This document shows positions 41,943 through 54,095 of a stretch of 64,000 bases of DNA, one piece after another. The position numbers and the translations under genes were made by a program. How positions within the stretch are numbered: the stretch's first letter is position 1; every line of letters starts with the position of its first letter. The stretch spans positions 192,001 to 256,000 of the forward strand of contig JBCNUU010000001.1 of NCBI GenBank assembly GCA_039630545.1, given 5' to 3'. The notes beneath the pieces are model-generated. The model had not been told where the DNA came from and searched no databases. It was given only the letters and a program-made list of their open reading frames with translations. This stretch comes from Endomicrobiia bacterium. GTDB taxonomy: Bacteria > Elusimicrobiota > Endomicrobiia > DTEH01.

Positions 41943-42734
41943 ATGAAAAAAATAATATTTTTTCTTTTGACTAATTTTGTTTATGCTCAAATAAATTTTT
42001 TTAATTTATACAAACCTTATCAAGCGTCATTATGTAGCTTACCAAATGTTTATGGTTTGCAACTCCAGATTAATTATGTTGTTGTAGATATCAATACTGC
42101 TGAGTTCCAGGTTCCAATTGATGTTTATTGGGGAGTTTATGATAATCTAGAGGTAGGAATTCAGATTTGTGGTATAAGTAAAAGTATAAATGAGAAAATA
42201 GATAAAGGTTTAAGCGATATCCTAATGGGTATAAAATATAATTTTTTAGAAGAAGATAAAAAAAATTTATCACCAACACCTACCATTTCTGTTGAACTTG
42301 GGGTTGGTTTACCTGTTGGAGATTATAAAAAAACTTTTGGTACGGGTGGATTTGGAGGGATTTTAATGTGGCTTTTTGAAAAACAAGTTATAATGCGTTC
42401 AGGTTATTATTTTAACTTTATTTTTAATTTAGGATTTAAGTATAATACAAAAAATCCTGATAATTATAGAGTAGGCGAAAGTTTCTTTTATACTTTTGGA
42501 AGTTATTTTCCTTTAAACGAAAACTTAGATTTTTCTTTTGGTATAAAAGGTATTAACAAATCTTTTGATGAAATAAATACAACCAAGGTTCTTGATTCTG
42601 AAAGTTTTAAATCTTATATTTTTAGTGGTTTAACATATACCATCGATATATATAGAAAATTTTTTGGCGCAATTTTGTTGGGACTTACAGAGGACTCAGA
42701 AGATTTAATTTTTAATATAGGAATGATGTATTAA
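41943..42734 (+). CDS. probable outer-membrane beta-barrel protein
   Basis: Short signal peptide, amphipathic beta-strands, GLSDILMGIKY, LPVGD, C-terminal aromatic residue (FNIGMMY). Confidence 0.65.
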   Translation: MKKIIFFLLTNFVYAQINFFNLYKPYQASLCSLPNVYGLQLQINYVVVDINTAEFQVPIDVYWGVYDNLEVGIQICGISKSINEKIDKGLSDILMGIKYNFLEEDKKNLSPTPTISVELGVGLPVGDYKKTFGTGGFGGILMWLFEKQVIMRSGYYFNFIFNLGFKYNTKNPDNYRVGESFFYTFGSYFPLNENLDFSFGIKGINKSFDEINTTKVLDSESFKSYIFSGLTYTIDIYRKFFGAILLGLTEDSEDLIFNIGMMY

Positions 42735-42738
42735 ACTT

Positions 42739-44085
42739 ATGGCACGTAAAACTTTTGTGTTAGATACAAATGTTTTATTGCATGATCCGGAAGCGATGTT
42801 TGTATTTGCAGATAACAAAGTAGTAATTCCTATGACAGTTATAGAAGAGTTAGATATATTAAAAAGACGTAATGATGAACTAGGTAGAAATTCAAGGTTA
42901 ATTTCTCGAAAATTAGATATGCTTAGAAGTAAAGGTAGTTTAATCGAAGGAGTGACCCTTGAAAATGGAGGTTTAATAAAAATAGAACTTGATTGGGATA
43001 AGGAATTACCTGCGCACTTTATAGAAAATAAAGCTGACCACAGAATTTTAGCAGTTGCTTTAAGTTTAAAAAAAAGAGGTGAAAGAGTAATATTTATAAC
43101 CAAAGACATAAATTTAAGAATAAAAGCAGAATCTTTAGGAATTACTACTCAAGATTATGAAAAAGCAAAAGTTCGTCCAGAAGCTGTTTATACAGGATTT
43201 AGAGAATTAGAAACATCTCAAGAGATAATAGATAAAATTTTTTCTTCAAAGAAAATTTCATTAGAAGATCTGCAGAAAAATGTGAGTATTGATTTATCTG
43301 AGGTTTATTTAAATGAATTTTTGATTTTAAAAAGTGGTAAGTCTCATAGTGTATTAATAAGAATAAAAAAGAATAAAAAAACAAATGTAACTGAAGCTGA
43401 AGTTATACCATCTAAAGATATTAATGTACTTGGACTTAAACCTTTAAATGTTCAACAAAAATTTGCTATGGAGTTATTGTTGGATGATAATTTACATTTA
43501 GTGACTCTTATAGGTGTAGCAGGAGCTGGTAAAACACTTTTATCTTTAGGTTGCGGTTTACATAAAGTAATAGAAGAGAAGCTTTATAGAAGGTTATTAA
43601 TCAGCAGACCCGTCGTACCTATGGGAAGAGATATTGGATATCTTCCTGGTACCAAAGAAGAGAAGCTTTCAAGCTGGATGGGAGCTATTTACGATAATTT
43701 AGATTTTTTAGTTGGGAAGATGTACAAATATGATTCTGAGAAATTACAGTCAACTATAGAGTATTTTTTCAATTCTGGACTTATAGAAGTAGAAGCTTTG
43801 ACTTATTTAAGAGGAAGAAGTTTACCAAATCAGTTTTTTATAATTGATGATGCGCAAAATTTGACTCCTCATGAAGTTAAAACTATAATATCTCGTGCTG
43901 GAGAAAACACAAAAATAGTTTTAACTGGCGATCCATTTCAGATCGATAATCCTTATCTTGATGCTTCTTCCAATGGACTTGTTTATTTAGTAGATAAATT
44001 TAAGGGTCAGGAAATTTTTGGTCATATAACTTTCACAAAAACAGAAAGGAGTCAGTTGGCAGCTTTAGCTGCTGAATTATTGTAA
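42739..44085 (+). CDS. PIN-PhoH (PhoH2) family protein
   Basis: N-terminal PIN (VLDTNVLLHDP, VIEELD, TKDINLR), GVAGAGKT, IGYLPG, YLRGRS, LTGDPFQIDNP. Confidence 0.94.
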   Translation: MARKTFVLDTNVLLHDPEAMFVFADNKVVIPMTVIEELDILKRRNDELGRNSRLISRKLDMLRSKGSLIEGVTLENGGLIKIELDWDKELPAHFIENKADHRILAVALSLKKRGERVIFITKDINLRIKAESLGITTQDYEKAKVRPEAVYTGFRELETSQEIIDKIFSSKKISLEDLQKNVSIDLSEVYLNEFLILKSGKSHSVLIRIKKNKKTNVTEAEVIPSKDINVLGLKPLNVQQKFAMELLLDDNLHLVTLIGVAGAGKTLLSLGCGLHKVIEEKLYRRLLISRPVVPMGRDIGYLPGTKEEKLSSWMGAIYDNLDFLVGKMYKYDSEKLQSTIEYFFNSGLIEVEALTYLRGRSLPNQFFIIDDAQNLTPHEVKTIISRAGENTKIVLTGDPFQIDNPYLDASSNGLVYLVDKFKGQEIFGHITFTKTERSQLAALAAELL

Positions 44086-44937
44086 ATGGATAATAAATAT
44101 GTTGATTTACATGTTCATACGATTTATTCTGATAGTAATTTGTCACCTAGGGATTTAATAGAACATGCTATAAAATTGGAACTTTCTGCTGTAGCTATTA
44201 CTGATCATGATACTACTGATGGTATAGAACAAACTCTTAAAGAGGCAGATAAATATAGTTTAGAAATAGTTCCTGGTGTAGAAATTTCAGCTGCTTTTGA
44301 TGGTTCATCTGAAAATGAGATACACATATTAGGTTATTATATAGATTGGCAAAATGAAGAATTACAGAAGAAATTGAGTTTTTTCCGTAAAGCCAGGATA
44401 GAAAGAGCTTACAAGATATTAGAAAGACTTAATCTTTTGGGAATGAAAATTAAACCTGAGGATGTGTTTAATCTTACTACTAAAGATGCCAGTATAGGAA
44501 GGTTACATTTTGCAAGAATTCTTTTACAGCAGAAAAAAGTAAGTTCTATAAAAGAAGCTTTTGAAATGTATCTTGGGTACGGACGTCCTGCTTTTGTTCC
44601 TAAAATAATGTTTAAGACCGAAGAAGCTATTTCTACAATAATAAAAGCAAAAGGGATTCCTGTTTTGGCACATCCTTATATTAGTATTTATAACGATATT
44701 GAGTGTTTAAAAAAGTTAATTAAACAGGGTATAAAAGGTATAGAAGTGTTTCATTCTTCTCATCATAAAAACATTGAAGAAGAACTTATGATCATTGCTG
44801 AAAAATATGGCTTGTTAATAACAGGAGGAAGTGATTGTCATGGTAAGTTAGATAATTTTGAGCCACTTTTAGGTAGTGTAAAAATTCCTTATACTTACTT
44901 AGAAAATTTAAAAATTTATAAAGAAAGGTTAATTTGA
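44086..44937 (+). CDS. PHP-domain phosphoesterase (TrpH/YciV-like)
   Basis: DLHVHTIYSD, AITDHDT, GVEIS, HILGY, LAHP, GGSDCHG. Confidence 0.93.
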   Translation: MDNKYVDLHVHTIYSDSNLSPRDLIEHAIKLELSAVAITDHDTTDGIEQTLKEADKYSLEIVPGVEISAAFDGSSENEIHILGYYIDWQNEELQKKLSFFRKARIERAYKILERLNLLGMKIKPEDVFNLTTKDASIGRLHFARILLQQKKVSSIKEAFEMYLGYGRPAFVPKIMFKTEEAISTIIKAKGIPVLAHPYISIYNDIECLKKLIKQGIKGIEVFHSSHHKNIEEELMIIAEKYGLLITGGSDCHGKLDNFEPLLGSVKIPYTYLENLKIYKERLI

Positions 44938-44979
44938 AGTATTGAATTTTTTTATTAATTTTTTATAAAAATTAAAAAT

Positions 44980-47472
44980 ATGAATAAATTTTCAGACAGG
45001 GCACAAAAAGTAATTCTAATAGCTCAAGAAGAAGCACGAAGATTAAATCATGATTACGTAGGCACAGAACATCTTTTACTGGGTCTTGTATCTATAGGCG
45101 AGGGTTTAGCTGTTCAAATTCTTATCAACTTAGGTGTGGATTTAAGAAAAATAAAAAGTGAAATAGAAAAAATAGTTCAACCTGATGAAAATGTTATGGT
45201 TTTGGGTGAAATTCCATTTTCTCCACGGGCAAAAAAGGTGTTAGAATATGCTGTTGAAGAAGCAAATAATATGGGACACATTTATGTTGGGACAGAACAT
45301 ATTCTTTTAGGATTACTTAGAGAAAAAGACGGAGTTGCTGCAAGAGTATTAGAGTATTTAGGAGTCACTTACGAAGATGTACAGAGTGAGATTTTTTCTA
45401 TTCTTGGAGAACATGATAGTACAATTTCTTTTCTTAAGTCTCATGCTAAAACTGCAAAGATTAAAAAGCTTAAAACACCTACATTAGATGAATTTAGTAG
45501 AGATCTAACTCAATTAGCGAAGGAAGGTCAGCTTGATCCTGTAATAGGTAGAGAAGAAGAAATTGAAAGAGTAATTCAAATATTATCTCGTAGAACAAAA
45601 AATAATCCTGTATTAATTGGTGATCCTGGTGTAGGAAAAACTGCTATAGTTGAAGGTTTAGCACAAAAGATTGTAAGTGGCGATGTTCCAGAGATTCTTC
45701 AAAATAAGAGAGTAGTAAGTTTAGATCTTGGTGCCATAATTGCTGGGACTAAATATCGTGGAGAATTTGAACAGAGATTAAAGAATATCATTGAAGAAAT
45801 TCGTAGAAGTAAAAATAGTGTAATTCTCTTTATAGATGAACTTCATACTGTAATAGGAGCAGGTGCAGCAGAGGGTGCTGTAGACGCATCAAATATGTTA
45901 AAACCTGTTCTTGCTAGAGGTGAACTTCAATGTATAGGTGCTACTACTATAGACGAATATAGAAAATACATAGAACGAGATGCAGCATTAGAAAGAAGAT
46001 TCCAGCCTATTTTAGTAGAACCTCCAACAGTAGAAGAAACTATTCGGATTCTAATGGGTATAAAAGATAAGTATGAAAAACACCATAAAGTAAAATATAC
46101 TCAAGAAGCTTTAGTAGCAGCGGCAGAATTATCCGATAGGTATATTTCGGATAGATTTTTGCCTGATAAAGCAATAGATTTGATAGACGAGGCAGGAAGT
46201 AAATTAAAATTAAGAACTACACAGTTACCAGAAGAAATAAAATTGAAAATAGAAGAATTGGAACAAGTTGTGAAACTTAAAGAAGAAGCTTCACAAAATC
46301 AAAATTTCGAGGAGGCAGCAAAATATAGAACAAAAGAGATGTTACTAAAAAAACAGATTGAGGAAATGAAAAAACAGTGGAGACAAAAAAGAGAAGAAAC
46401 TATCCCTGAAGTTACTGCGGATGATATCTCTCAGATTGTTTCTAAATGGACAGGTATTCCTGTAAGCAGAATTACTCAGCAAGAAAGTCAAAAGCTTCTT
46501 GAAATAGAAAAAGAATTGCACAAAAGAATAATAGGGCAAGAAGAGGCAGTAAGAGTTGTGGCTAATGCTATAAGACGTTCAAGAACAGGAATAAGAGATC
46601 CTAAAAAACCAATTGGAAGTTTTTTGTTTTTAGGTCCTACTGGTGTAGGTAAAACAGAACTTGCAAAGGCATTAGCTGAATTTTTGTTTGGTAATGAAGA
46701 TTTTATTGTAAGAATTGATATGTCAGAATATACTGAAAAATTTAATGTCTCAAGACTTATAGGTGCTCCACCAGGTTATGTTGGATATGAAGAGGGTGGA
46801 GTTTTAACAGAAAGAATAAGAAGAAGACCTTATTCAGTTGTGTTGTTAGATGAGATTGAAAAAGCACACCCTGATGTGTTTAATATCTTACTTCAGATAA
46901 TGGATAATGGCATTTTGAATGATAGTTTGGGACACAAAGTAAGTTTTAAAAACGTAGTATTAATAATGACATCTAATATAGGTGCAAAACTTATTTATAA
47001 AGGAAAATCCATAGGGTTTGTTCAAAGCAATAATCAAGAAGCTGAATACAAGAATATGAAAGAGCTATTAACAGAAGAATTAAAAAAGACATTTAATCCA
47101 GAATTTTTAAACAGAATAGATGAAATTGTAGTATTTAAACCACTTACTAAAGAGGAGATGGAAAAGATATTAGATTTGATGATAGAAAGACTCAAAGAAA
47201 GACTAAAAAAGAAAAACATTGAACTATTTCTTACTAACGATGCAAAGCAGTTTTTGTTACAAAAAGGATTTGATGAATATTATGGAGCAAGACCATTACA
47301 AAGAGTAATTCAGAAATATATAGAGAATGTTATAGCAGAAGAAGTACTTTTAAGATACTCTTATTCTAACACTGACAAGATGTTGAAAATTTTTGCTTCT
47401 CTTGATGCTGACAATGAAAAAATTAAGTTAGAAGTAGGAGATATGTTTAAGGATATTAAAGAATTTACTTAA
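44980..47472 (+). CDS. clpC: ATP-dependent Clp protease ATP-binding subunit ClpC
   Basis: Two Clp_N repeats, [17 protein letters not shown] coiled coil, [20 protein letters not shown] loop, YGARPL. Confidence 0.96.
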   Translation: MNKFSDRAQKVILIAQEEARRLNHDYVGTEHLLLGLVSIGEGLAVQILINLGVDLRKIKSEIEKIVQPDENVMVLGEIPFSPRAKKVLEYAVEEANNMGHIYVGTEHILLGLLREKDGVAARVLEYLGVTYEDVQSEIFSILGEHDSTISFLKSHAKTAKIKKLKTPTLDEFSRDLTQLAKEGQLDPVIGREEEIERVIQILSRRTKNNPVLIGDPGVGKTAIVEGLAQKIVSGDVPEILQNKRVVSLDLGAIIAGTKYRGEFEQRLKNIIEEIRRSKNSVILFIDELHTVIGAGAAEGAVDASNMLKPVLARGELQCIGATTIDEYRKYIERDAALERRFQPILVEPPTVEETIRILMGIKDKYEKHHKVKYTQEALVAAAELSDRYISDRFLPDKAIDLIDEAGSKLKLRTTQLPEEIKLKIEELEQVVKLKEEASQNQNFEEAAKYRTKEMLLKKQIEEMKKQWRQKREETIPEVTADDISQIVSKWTGIPVSRITQQESQKLLEIEKELHKRIIGQEEAVRVVANAIRRSRTGIRDPKKPIGSFLFLGPTGVGKTELAKALAEFLFGNEDFIVRIDMSEYTEKFNVSRLIGAPPGYVGYEEGGVLTERIRRRPYSVVLLDEIEKAHPDVFNILLQIMDNGILNDSLGHKVSFKNVVLIMTSNIGAKLIYKGKSIGFVQSNNQEAEYKNMKELLTEELKKTFNPEFLNRIDEIVVFKPLTKEEMEKILDLMIERLKERLKKKNIELFLTNDAKQFLLQKGFDEYYGARPLQRVIQKYIENVIAEEVLLRYSYSNTDKMLKIFASLDADNEKIKLEVGDMFKDIKEFT

Positions 47473-47551
47473 CTTCTTCCCAAAAGTATAATAAAAAATT
47501 GCACTACTTACAGATTAACATTATCTGTATCTTTAAAGTTAAAGCTTAAGA

Positions 47552-50500
47552 ATGAAAAAAATCAAGACAGTAGCATATATTTTCTTTTTTATTTTTTTGT
47601 TTCATATAGTAGTGAATTTTTTTCTTATTTTATATAGGCCAAATTTAGAAAAAAATTTTTTTTCAAATTTTAAAATAAAGCATCTTTACTACATTTTTCC
47701 AAATATATTTTTTGCAAAAGATATATATATTTTTTCAAATACTTACTCTATTTATGTTAAAAGATCTCTTATCTTTTTAAACATTATTGAAATTTTTAAA
47801 AAAAATTTCACAGTAAATGCATTAAAAGCAAGAAATATTTCTTTGGAAATTTTAAATATAGAAAATAAAAGTTTCAAAAATTTAACTCCAGATTTGCTGC
47901 AGCATTATATAACAAACTTTTTGTATCTCTTTCCAACAAGAGCTTCTATTAAAAATATAAGCATAAAATATAACACGCATACAATTTTGATTGATAAGGC
48001 TATTAGACTAATGCAAAAGAAAAAAGAAATTAGTTCATTTCAAATAAGTGGACGTTGGAATAAAATTAGATTTGATTTAAATATAGATATTTCAAATAAA
48101 AAAAATAAATGGTTTGTTAAAAGCAAAGTTTTTTTGGGAGATTTTAATTTGGGGATAGATAATATAGAACTAAAAATATTTGGTGATTTTGATTTGTCAA
48201 AACCAAAGCCTTACATTTTAAGCATAAATAAAAATAATTCAAAATACGAAATTATAAAGGGAAATGTTAATTTTTTCCCTTTAGAAGTAATTGGAAATAT
48301 ATATACCAATATAACAAAAGGAGTTGTTTTGTTTTATAAAGATGAAGAAAGTTTGAAAATTGACTACAGTGGTGTTTTTAGTTTCAAACTACCAAAATTT
48401 TTGAAAAACTTTACAATTCAAGAAGTCAAAACTGATTTAAATTTTATATTTCTAAAATCAGGCTATAAATTAATTTCTAAAATTTCTCATGATAAATTTG
48501 ATTTTAGAGTAAATATAGAAAACGATAAAGGTTTTGGTTATATTTTATATTCTTCAAACAATATTCCGTTTAGTGTATCATTGAATGATAAAACTCTTCA
48601 TGTTTTCAATAGTTCAGCTAGATACCCATTAAATTTAAAATTTAATGTTTCTCAAAAAAATATGTTTTCAACGGAAGGAAGAATTTTTAATTATTTGACC
48701 GATGTAAAATTAAAAAGATGTGCCGGCTGTTTAGAGATAAAAGGCGATGCTTCTTCTGAGAATCATAAGATAAAAATTAATTTTTTTACAGGTTTTTCTA
48801 GCAGTTCTGTAAAGTTAATTTATGAAGATATTAAAAAAAATTCTTACTTTTCTTATGATTCTTTTTTAATGGACGACAAATTAAATTTTACCATGTTATC
48901 TAAAAAATTAAAAATCTCATATTTTGATGAGTTAAGTTTTTCAACTAAAGGAGAAGTAAAAAATATTAAAAAAAATAATCTATATCTTTTAAACATTCTA
49001 GTGAAGGATTTGTATTATAAAAATCACAAGATAACAGATAATTTATCTATTTATGGCAAAGTAGATAAAAAAAATGTTAATTTTCAATTCACCAACGAAA
49101 GCTGTAGTGGAGATTTTATATATGATATAACAAAAAATTATGGAAATTTAGAATTTAACATTGATAGAAAAAAACTTCAGATAGGTAAGTTTAGAACAAA
49201 TTTTCTCTGTTACTTGCAAGTTCAGATTAAACAAAATTTTTTCAATCTAAGTGGTCAATACAAATTTGATAATCTATCTTATGACAATATAAAAATTTTA
49301 AATTTTTCTAAAGGAGAAATTAAATCTTTTCTAAATAGTATAATTTTAAATGGTAAATTATCAACAAAAGAAAATCGCATTATAGATTATGACGCAATTT
49401 ATGACTTTTCAAAAAAAGAAATAATTTTGAAAATTAAAAACATTGGTTTTTTGTCTAATTTTAAAGATCTTGATTTGTTTAGTCTTGAAATAACTTCCAA
49501 GGTAGAAAAACCTTTTTCTTTAAATAAATTTGATTTGTCAGGAAAAATATATAATGAAAATAGTGAAATTTTGATATCTTCTGCTAATGTATCTTTAATT
49601 AATGAATATATAAAAGCATACTTCAGAATTAAAAATCTAAAAATTGAAAATGTTAATTTTGTAGGAAATGCAGAGCTTGTAGTTAAGAATTATTTTAAAA
49701 ATTTAAAAGAAATTACACTATGTTTTAATGATTTATGGATAAATGAGTATTTCGTCAATGATAAAATATTTTTGAATTTTATATATAATTCATTAACAAA
49801 AGAAGTAATTTTTGTTGCAGATTCCGATATAGAAACATGTTTATATACAAAAGGTAAAATTTCTTTTCTTAAAAAATTTATAAAATTTACAAATTTTTCC
49901 ATATTTGACAAAACTAGAGAATATGTATTATGCAATGGCAACGCAGGTGCTAACAATGATGTTCTTAATATAAATATCTCTAAAGTGCCATTAAATTTGA
50001 TAAAAAGTTTTTTTAGCCTTCCAGTGTATATAAATGGTTTTGTATCTTCTGAGATTAAAGTGTTAACAGTAGATGCCAATAAGAAATTATATCAACTAAC
50101 TTCTGAATTTATTGTGAGTGATATGGATATAGAAACGATAAAAATAAAGAATATTTTAGGTAAGTTATCTTTTTATAATAATTTTTTGAATTTAGAAAAA
50201 ATAGAAGTTATTTTTGAAAAGGATAAAAGAATAGATATAAGAGGCTTTTACAATTTAATTTCTAAAAACATAAATTTAAGTTTAACTTCTTATAAATGTG
50301 ATATTTCATTATTTAATGGTTTTCAAAATATAGTTGATAAAGCAAATGGTAATTTTATTTTGGTTTTTAATATCACTGGCAATATAAATTCTCCAAGGAT
50401 GAATGGATATTTTAATATAACGAAAGGAAGAATAGAGTTTAAAGAATATCTTAAGTATGTAGATAACTTAGACATCAGAGTATTATTTAACAATAAAGAT

Positions 50501-51757
50501 ATAAAAATAGAAAAATTTTCTGGTAGTTATGAAAACACAAATTTTAATATTAATGGCAAAATAGAATTATTTAAAAGTTATACATTAAACATAAAAACCA
50601 CTGGGGGCGATGGTATTTTTGTTAAAATTCCTCAACTTACTTTTCCTGTTAGTAAATTTTTCAAAATAATAAAAGGAGAAAAATTTTTTCCTTCTAATGG
50701 CAATATTCATTTAGATATTTCTATACTTAAAAAAGAAAAAGAAGAAAAACCTTTTGTTTCAGGAAGTATTATTCTTAATAATACTCACTTTACCTATCCT
50801 GGCGTTGAAAAAAAAGGTAAATTTTATTCTTTTGGTTTTTATCATAACATAGATCTCATAGCAAACAACAATGTCTGGTACGAAAATGAGTATTTATCTG
50901 CTAATATTACAGGAAAAGTAAATTTTTATTATAATGCAGGTATGGATAAAATGAATATAAACGGCGAAATAGAAGCAATGAGAGGTAAAATAGATTTTTT
51001 AAATAATAACTTCACTTTAACTTCAGGAAGATTAGAAATAATAAACAGAAATGTATATATAGAACTTACAGGTGGAATGGATATTCTAACTAGCGAAAGA
51101 GAAAAAATTCCTGTAAATTTAGTAATAGAAAGAAATAAAATTGAAGAAGTAAAACCAAAGTTAGTTTCTCCTTTATATCCTGAATTAAAAACAGAAGAAC
51201 TTACAGCTTTGATGTTGGGCTTAGGCAAAGTTCAAAAAGAAGGTGATAAAATTTCTATATTGTCCTCAGAGAAAATAGATTATCTACCTATTTTAAGAAC
51301 ACAGCTGATAAGAATGATTGATTCTTCCTTTGCGACTCCTGTAGCAAAAAATATTCTAAAAAGATGGGGTATAGCAGATAATTTCCGGATTGTAGCTATA
51401 GAATCTTCTGACAAGACATTTAAAGATGATACTTTACAATCAAACACATCTTCTGATAGTGATAAGTTTAAAGTATCAGATTTATTTAAAGATACCAAAT
51501 ATATAATAGAAAAATATCTTACACCAGATATGATAATAAGTTATAGTTTAACACTGGCAGAGATCCAAAATAGACTTAATTTGAAACACGAGTTGGAAGT
51601 AAGCTATAGATTAAAAAACAATATTTTTATAAAAGGTTTATATGATTACAGTATAAAAGACTATAATACAAACCAATATGCTCCTAATATAAGTGTTATG
51701 GTACAGCCTACATTTAAATTTAAAAGTTGGGAAGAAGAAGAAAAAGAAAGTAAATAA
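47552..51757 (+). CDS. TamB/AsmA-like translocation and assembly module protein
   Basis: 1401 aa, N-terminal TM anchor, long beta-rich body, TamB-like ITGNINSPRMNG and C-terminal strand region. Confidence 0.7.
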   Translation: MKKIKTVAYIFFFIFLFHIVVNFFLILYRPNLEKNFFSNFKIKHLYYIFPNIFFAKDIYIFSNTYSIYVKRSLIFLNIIEIFKKNFTVNALKARNISLEILNIENKSFKNLTPDLLQHYITNFLYLFPTRASIKNISIKYNTHTILIDKAIRLMQKKKEISSFQISGRWNKIRFDLNIDISNKKNKWFVKSKVFLGDFNLGIDNIELKIFGDFDLSKPKPYILSINKNNSKYEIIKGNVNFFPLEVIGNIYTNITKGVVLFYKDEESLKIDYSGVFSFKLPKFLKNFTIQEVKTDLNFIFLKSGYKLISKISHDKFDFRVNIENDKGFGYILYSSNNIPFSVSLNDKTLHVFNSSARYPLNLKFNVSQKNMFSTEGRIFNYLTDVKLKRCAGCLEIKGDASSENHKIKINFFTGFSSSSVKLIYEDIKKNSYFSYDSFLMDDKLNFTMLSKKLKISYFDELSFSTKGEVKNIKKNNLYLLNILVKDLYYKNHKITDNLSIYGKVDKKNVNFQFTNESCSGDFIYDITKNYGNLEFNIDRKKLQIGKFRTNFLCYLQVQIKQNFFNLSGQYKFDNLSYDNIKILNFSKGEIKSFLNSIILNGKLSTKENRIIDYDAIYDFSKKEIILKIKNIGFLSNFKDLDLFSLEITSKVEKPFSLNKFDLSGKIYNENSEILISSANVSLINEYIKAYFRIKNLKIENVNFVGNAELVVKNYFKNLKEITLCFNDLWINEYFVNDKIFLNFIYNSLTKEVIFVADSDIETCLYTKGKISFLKKFIKFTNFSIFDKTREYVLCNGNAGANNDVLNINISKVPLNLIKSFFSLPVYINGFVSSEIKVLTVDANKKLYQLTSEFIVSDMDIETIKIKNILGKLSFYNNFLNLEKIEVIFEKDKRIDIRGFYNLISKNINLSLTSYKCDISLFNGFQNIVDKANGNFILVFNITGNINSPRMNGYFNITKGRIEFKEYLKYVDNLDIRVLFNNKDIKIEKFSGSYENTNFNINGKIELFKSYTLNIKTTGGDGIFVKIPQLTFPVSKFFKIIKGEKFFPSNGNIHLDISILKKEKEEKPFVSGSIILNNTHFTYPGVEKKGKFYSFGFYHNIDLIANNNVWYENEYLSANITGKVNFYYNAGMDKMNINGEIEAMRGKIDFLNNNFTLTSGRLEIINRNVYIELTGGMDILTSEREKIPVNLVIERNKIEEVKPKLVSPLYPELKTEELTALMLGLGKVQKEGDKISILSSEKIDYLPILRTQLIRMIDSSFATPVAKNILKRWGIADNFRIVAIESSDKTFKDDTLQSNTSSDSDKFKVSDLFKDTKYIIEKYLTPDMIISYSLTLAEIQNRLNLKHELEVSYRLKNNIFIKGLYDYSIKDYNTNQYAPNISVMVQPTFKFKSWEEEEKESK

Positions 51758-51768
51758 TTTTACAAAAA

Positions 51769-52236
51769 ATGAAAGTAATTATAAAATATTATAAAAAAAT
51801 TTTATTAATTTTTTTGGGCATAGTGTTTGTTTATTTGGCTATATATATAGATGTATATCTTAGAGCAAAACAAGCATATTATAATGCAGAAAAATATATG
51901 GATTGGTATTATCATCCAGATAAAAAAGAAAAGTATCTTAAAGAAAAGTATGAAAAAGAAAAAAAAGAACTGGAAGAGTTATTTTCTAAAGGCAAAATAT
52001 CTCAAGAAGAATATAAGATAAAATTAGAACTTATAGAGTTTAACAGAGAATTCCAGCTAAATGAAAGTTCGTTGAAATATGCTTACATATGGTACAAGAC
52101 AGCAATAGATCTTTTTTCGAAGCCGGAATCTAAGTGGGTAAAACTTGCAAGGGAAAAAATAAAAAAAGTTAAAGAACTATGGAAAGAAGAATTAAAACAA
52201 AAAGGATATGAAGTAGAAGATTATATGCTGGAATAA
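51769..52236 (+). CDS. hypothetical protein (N-terminal TM segment, helical)
   Basis: 155-aa ORF with a membrane anchor and charged helical body, tightly packed between its neighbours. Confidence 0.75.
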   Translation: MKVIIKYYKKILLIFLGIVFVYLAIYIDVYLRAKQAYYNAEKYMDWYYHPDKKEKYLKEKYEKEKKELEELFSKGKISQEEYKIKLELIEFNREFQLNESSLKYAYIWYKTAIDLFSKPESKWVKLAREKIKKVKELWKEELKQKGYEVEDYMLE

Positions 52237-52238
52237 TT

Positions 52239-53102
52239 ATGAGCAAAAAAAGTTTAAATTTTATTATTTTGACTTTTGGCTTAAGTTTTATTTTTACAGG
52301 AATTTTTAAACTTTTAGGAGGTAGATTGTCTATTGCTAATCCTTTAACAGGATTAGTAGGTGTTATATATATGTTTTGCCCATTTTGTGCAGTAATGATA
52401 TTAGAGAAGTTTTCTTATGTAAAAATAAAACAAAAATGTGCTGTTAATTTTAACTTTAATTTTTGGTATATGGTAGCTTTATTTTTACCCTTTTTGCTTT
52501 CCTTTGCTTCTTTTGGAGTAGCAACTTTCTTTCCTGGTGTTGAAGTTTCTTACGATATGGAAGGTTTTTTTGAAAGGTTGTCAAAAACATTAGATGATAG
52601 ACAAATAAATCACATAAGACAACAACTTAATGAATATCCTTTTAACCCTTTAATTTTTTGGATATTTAGTGCCATATTTTTTTCATTAACTATAAATGCT
52701 TTTGTTGCATTTGGAGAAGAAATTGGATGGCGTGGTTATTTATTTGATGAGTTAATTCAAAAATTTAATTTTTGGCAGTCATCTTTAATTATTGGAGTTA
52801 TCTGGGGATTGTGGCATGCTCCGTTAGTTTTACAGGGTCATAACTATCCTACTAATCCGTATTTAGGTGTAATCTGGATGATAATTTTTTGTGTATTATA
52901 TTCTCCTATTTTTAATTTTATAAGGATAAAATCTAATTCTGTAATAGCACCTTCTATTTTACATGGAGCAGTAAATGCTACTTATGGGTTTTCTATTTTG
53001 TTTTTAAAAGGAGGTAATGAATTTAGTGTAGGAATGCTTGGAGTGTCTGGTTTTATTTTATTAATGATAGTTGATGTTATAATATGGTTATCTAAAGAAT
53101 AA
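52239..53102 (+). CDS. CPBP-family (Abi/CAAX) intramembrane metalloprotease
   Basis: GEEIGWRGY, WGLWHAP, HGAVN. Confidence 0.93.
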   Translation: MSKKSLNFIILTFGLSFIFTGIFKLLGGRLSIANPLTGLVGVIYMFCPFCAVMILEKFSYVKIKQKCAVNFNFNFWYMVALFLPFLLSFASFGVATFFPGVEVSYDMEGFFERLSKTLDDRQINHIRQQLNEYPFNPLIFWIFSAIFFSLTINAFVAFGEEIGWRGYLFDELIQKFNFWQSSLIIGVIWGLWHAPLVLQGHNYPTNPYLGVIWMIIFCVLYSPIFNFIRIKSNSVIAPSILHGAVNATYGFSILFLKGGNEFSVGMLGVSGFILLMIVDVIIWLSKE

Positions 53103-53114
53103 AGGAGTTCAGAA

Positions 53115-53330
53115 ATGTGTATAGCAATTCCTATGAAAGTAATAAAAGTAGAAGAAAATTGGGCTGTATGTGAATACGAAGGAATTAGGAAAACAGCTAG
53201 ATTAGATTTAGTAAAAGATATTAAAGTAGGCGATTATGTTCTTATTCATGTCGGTTTTGTTATTCAAAAAATAGATTTAGAAGAAGCATACAAAACTTTA
53301 CAACTTTATAAAGAGCTTAAAAATATATAA
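53115..53330 (+). CDS. hypC: hydrogenase maturation chaperone HypC
   Basis: MCIAIP N-terminus, [24 protein letters not shown]. Confidence 0.96.
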   Translation: MCIAIPMKVIKVEENWAVCEYEGIRKTARLDLVKDIKVGDYVLIHVGFVIQKIDLEEAYKTLQLYKELKNI

Positions 53331-53332
53331 AA

Positions 53333-54091
53333 ATGCATACAGTAAGAATAATTCCTTGTTTAGATGTAAAAGACGGAAAAGTAGTTAAAGGGGTACACTT
53401 TAAAAATTTAAAATATGCAGGGAACCCTGTTGAACTTGCAAAATGGTATTCTCAAGAGGGTGCTGACGAATTGGTGTTTTTAGATATCACTGCTACTGTT
53501 GAAAAAAGGAAAATTATTTTAAAAGTAGTAAAAGAGACAGCAAGAAATGTATTTGTGCCACTTACTGTAGGTGGTGGTATAAAGACAATTAATGATATAT
53601 ATCACTTGTTAAACTCAGGGGCAGATAAAGTTGCTATAAACACAGCAGCGGTAATGAATCCTAAAATTATTGAAGAATCAGCTAAGAAATTTGGTTCGCA
53701 GTGTATTGTAGTAGCAATAGATGCAAAGTCAAGTAATCATAAAAGCTGGGAAGTTTATATTAAATCAGGAACTACACCAACAGGTTTAGATGCAATTAAA
53801 TGGGCAAAGACTGTAGAAAATATGGGAGCCGGTGAGATATTGCTTACAAGTATAGATGCTGATGGGACAAGGACTGGATATGACATAGAACTTACAAAAG
53901 CGGTAGTTAAAAATGTAAAAATTCCTGTAATTGCTTCCGGTGGTGCAGGAAAAATTGAGGATTTTATAGAAGTGGTAAAGAAGACAAGCGTTTCAGCTGT
54001 ACTTGCTGCTTCAGTTTTTCATTATAGAAAATTTTCTATTAAAAAAGTTAAAGAAGAAATGTATAAAGCAAATATTCCGGTAAGGTTTTAA
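53333..54091 (+). CDS. hisF: imidazole glycerol phosphate synthase cyclase subunit
   Basis: [46 protein letters not shown]. Confidence 0.98.
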   Translation: MHTVRIIPCLDVKDGKVVKGVHFKNLKYAGNPVELAKWYSQEGADELVFLDITATVEKRKIILKVVKETARNVFVPLTVGGGIKTINDIYHLLNSGADKVAINTAAVMNPKIIEESAKKFGSQCIVVAIDAKSSNHKSWEVYIKSGTTPTGLDAIKWAKTVENMGAGEILLTSIDADGTRTGYDIELTKAVVKNVKIPVIASGGAGKIEDFIEVVKKTSVSAVLAASVFHYRKFSIKKVKEEMYKANIPVRF

Positions 54092-54095
54092 TTTC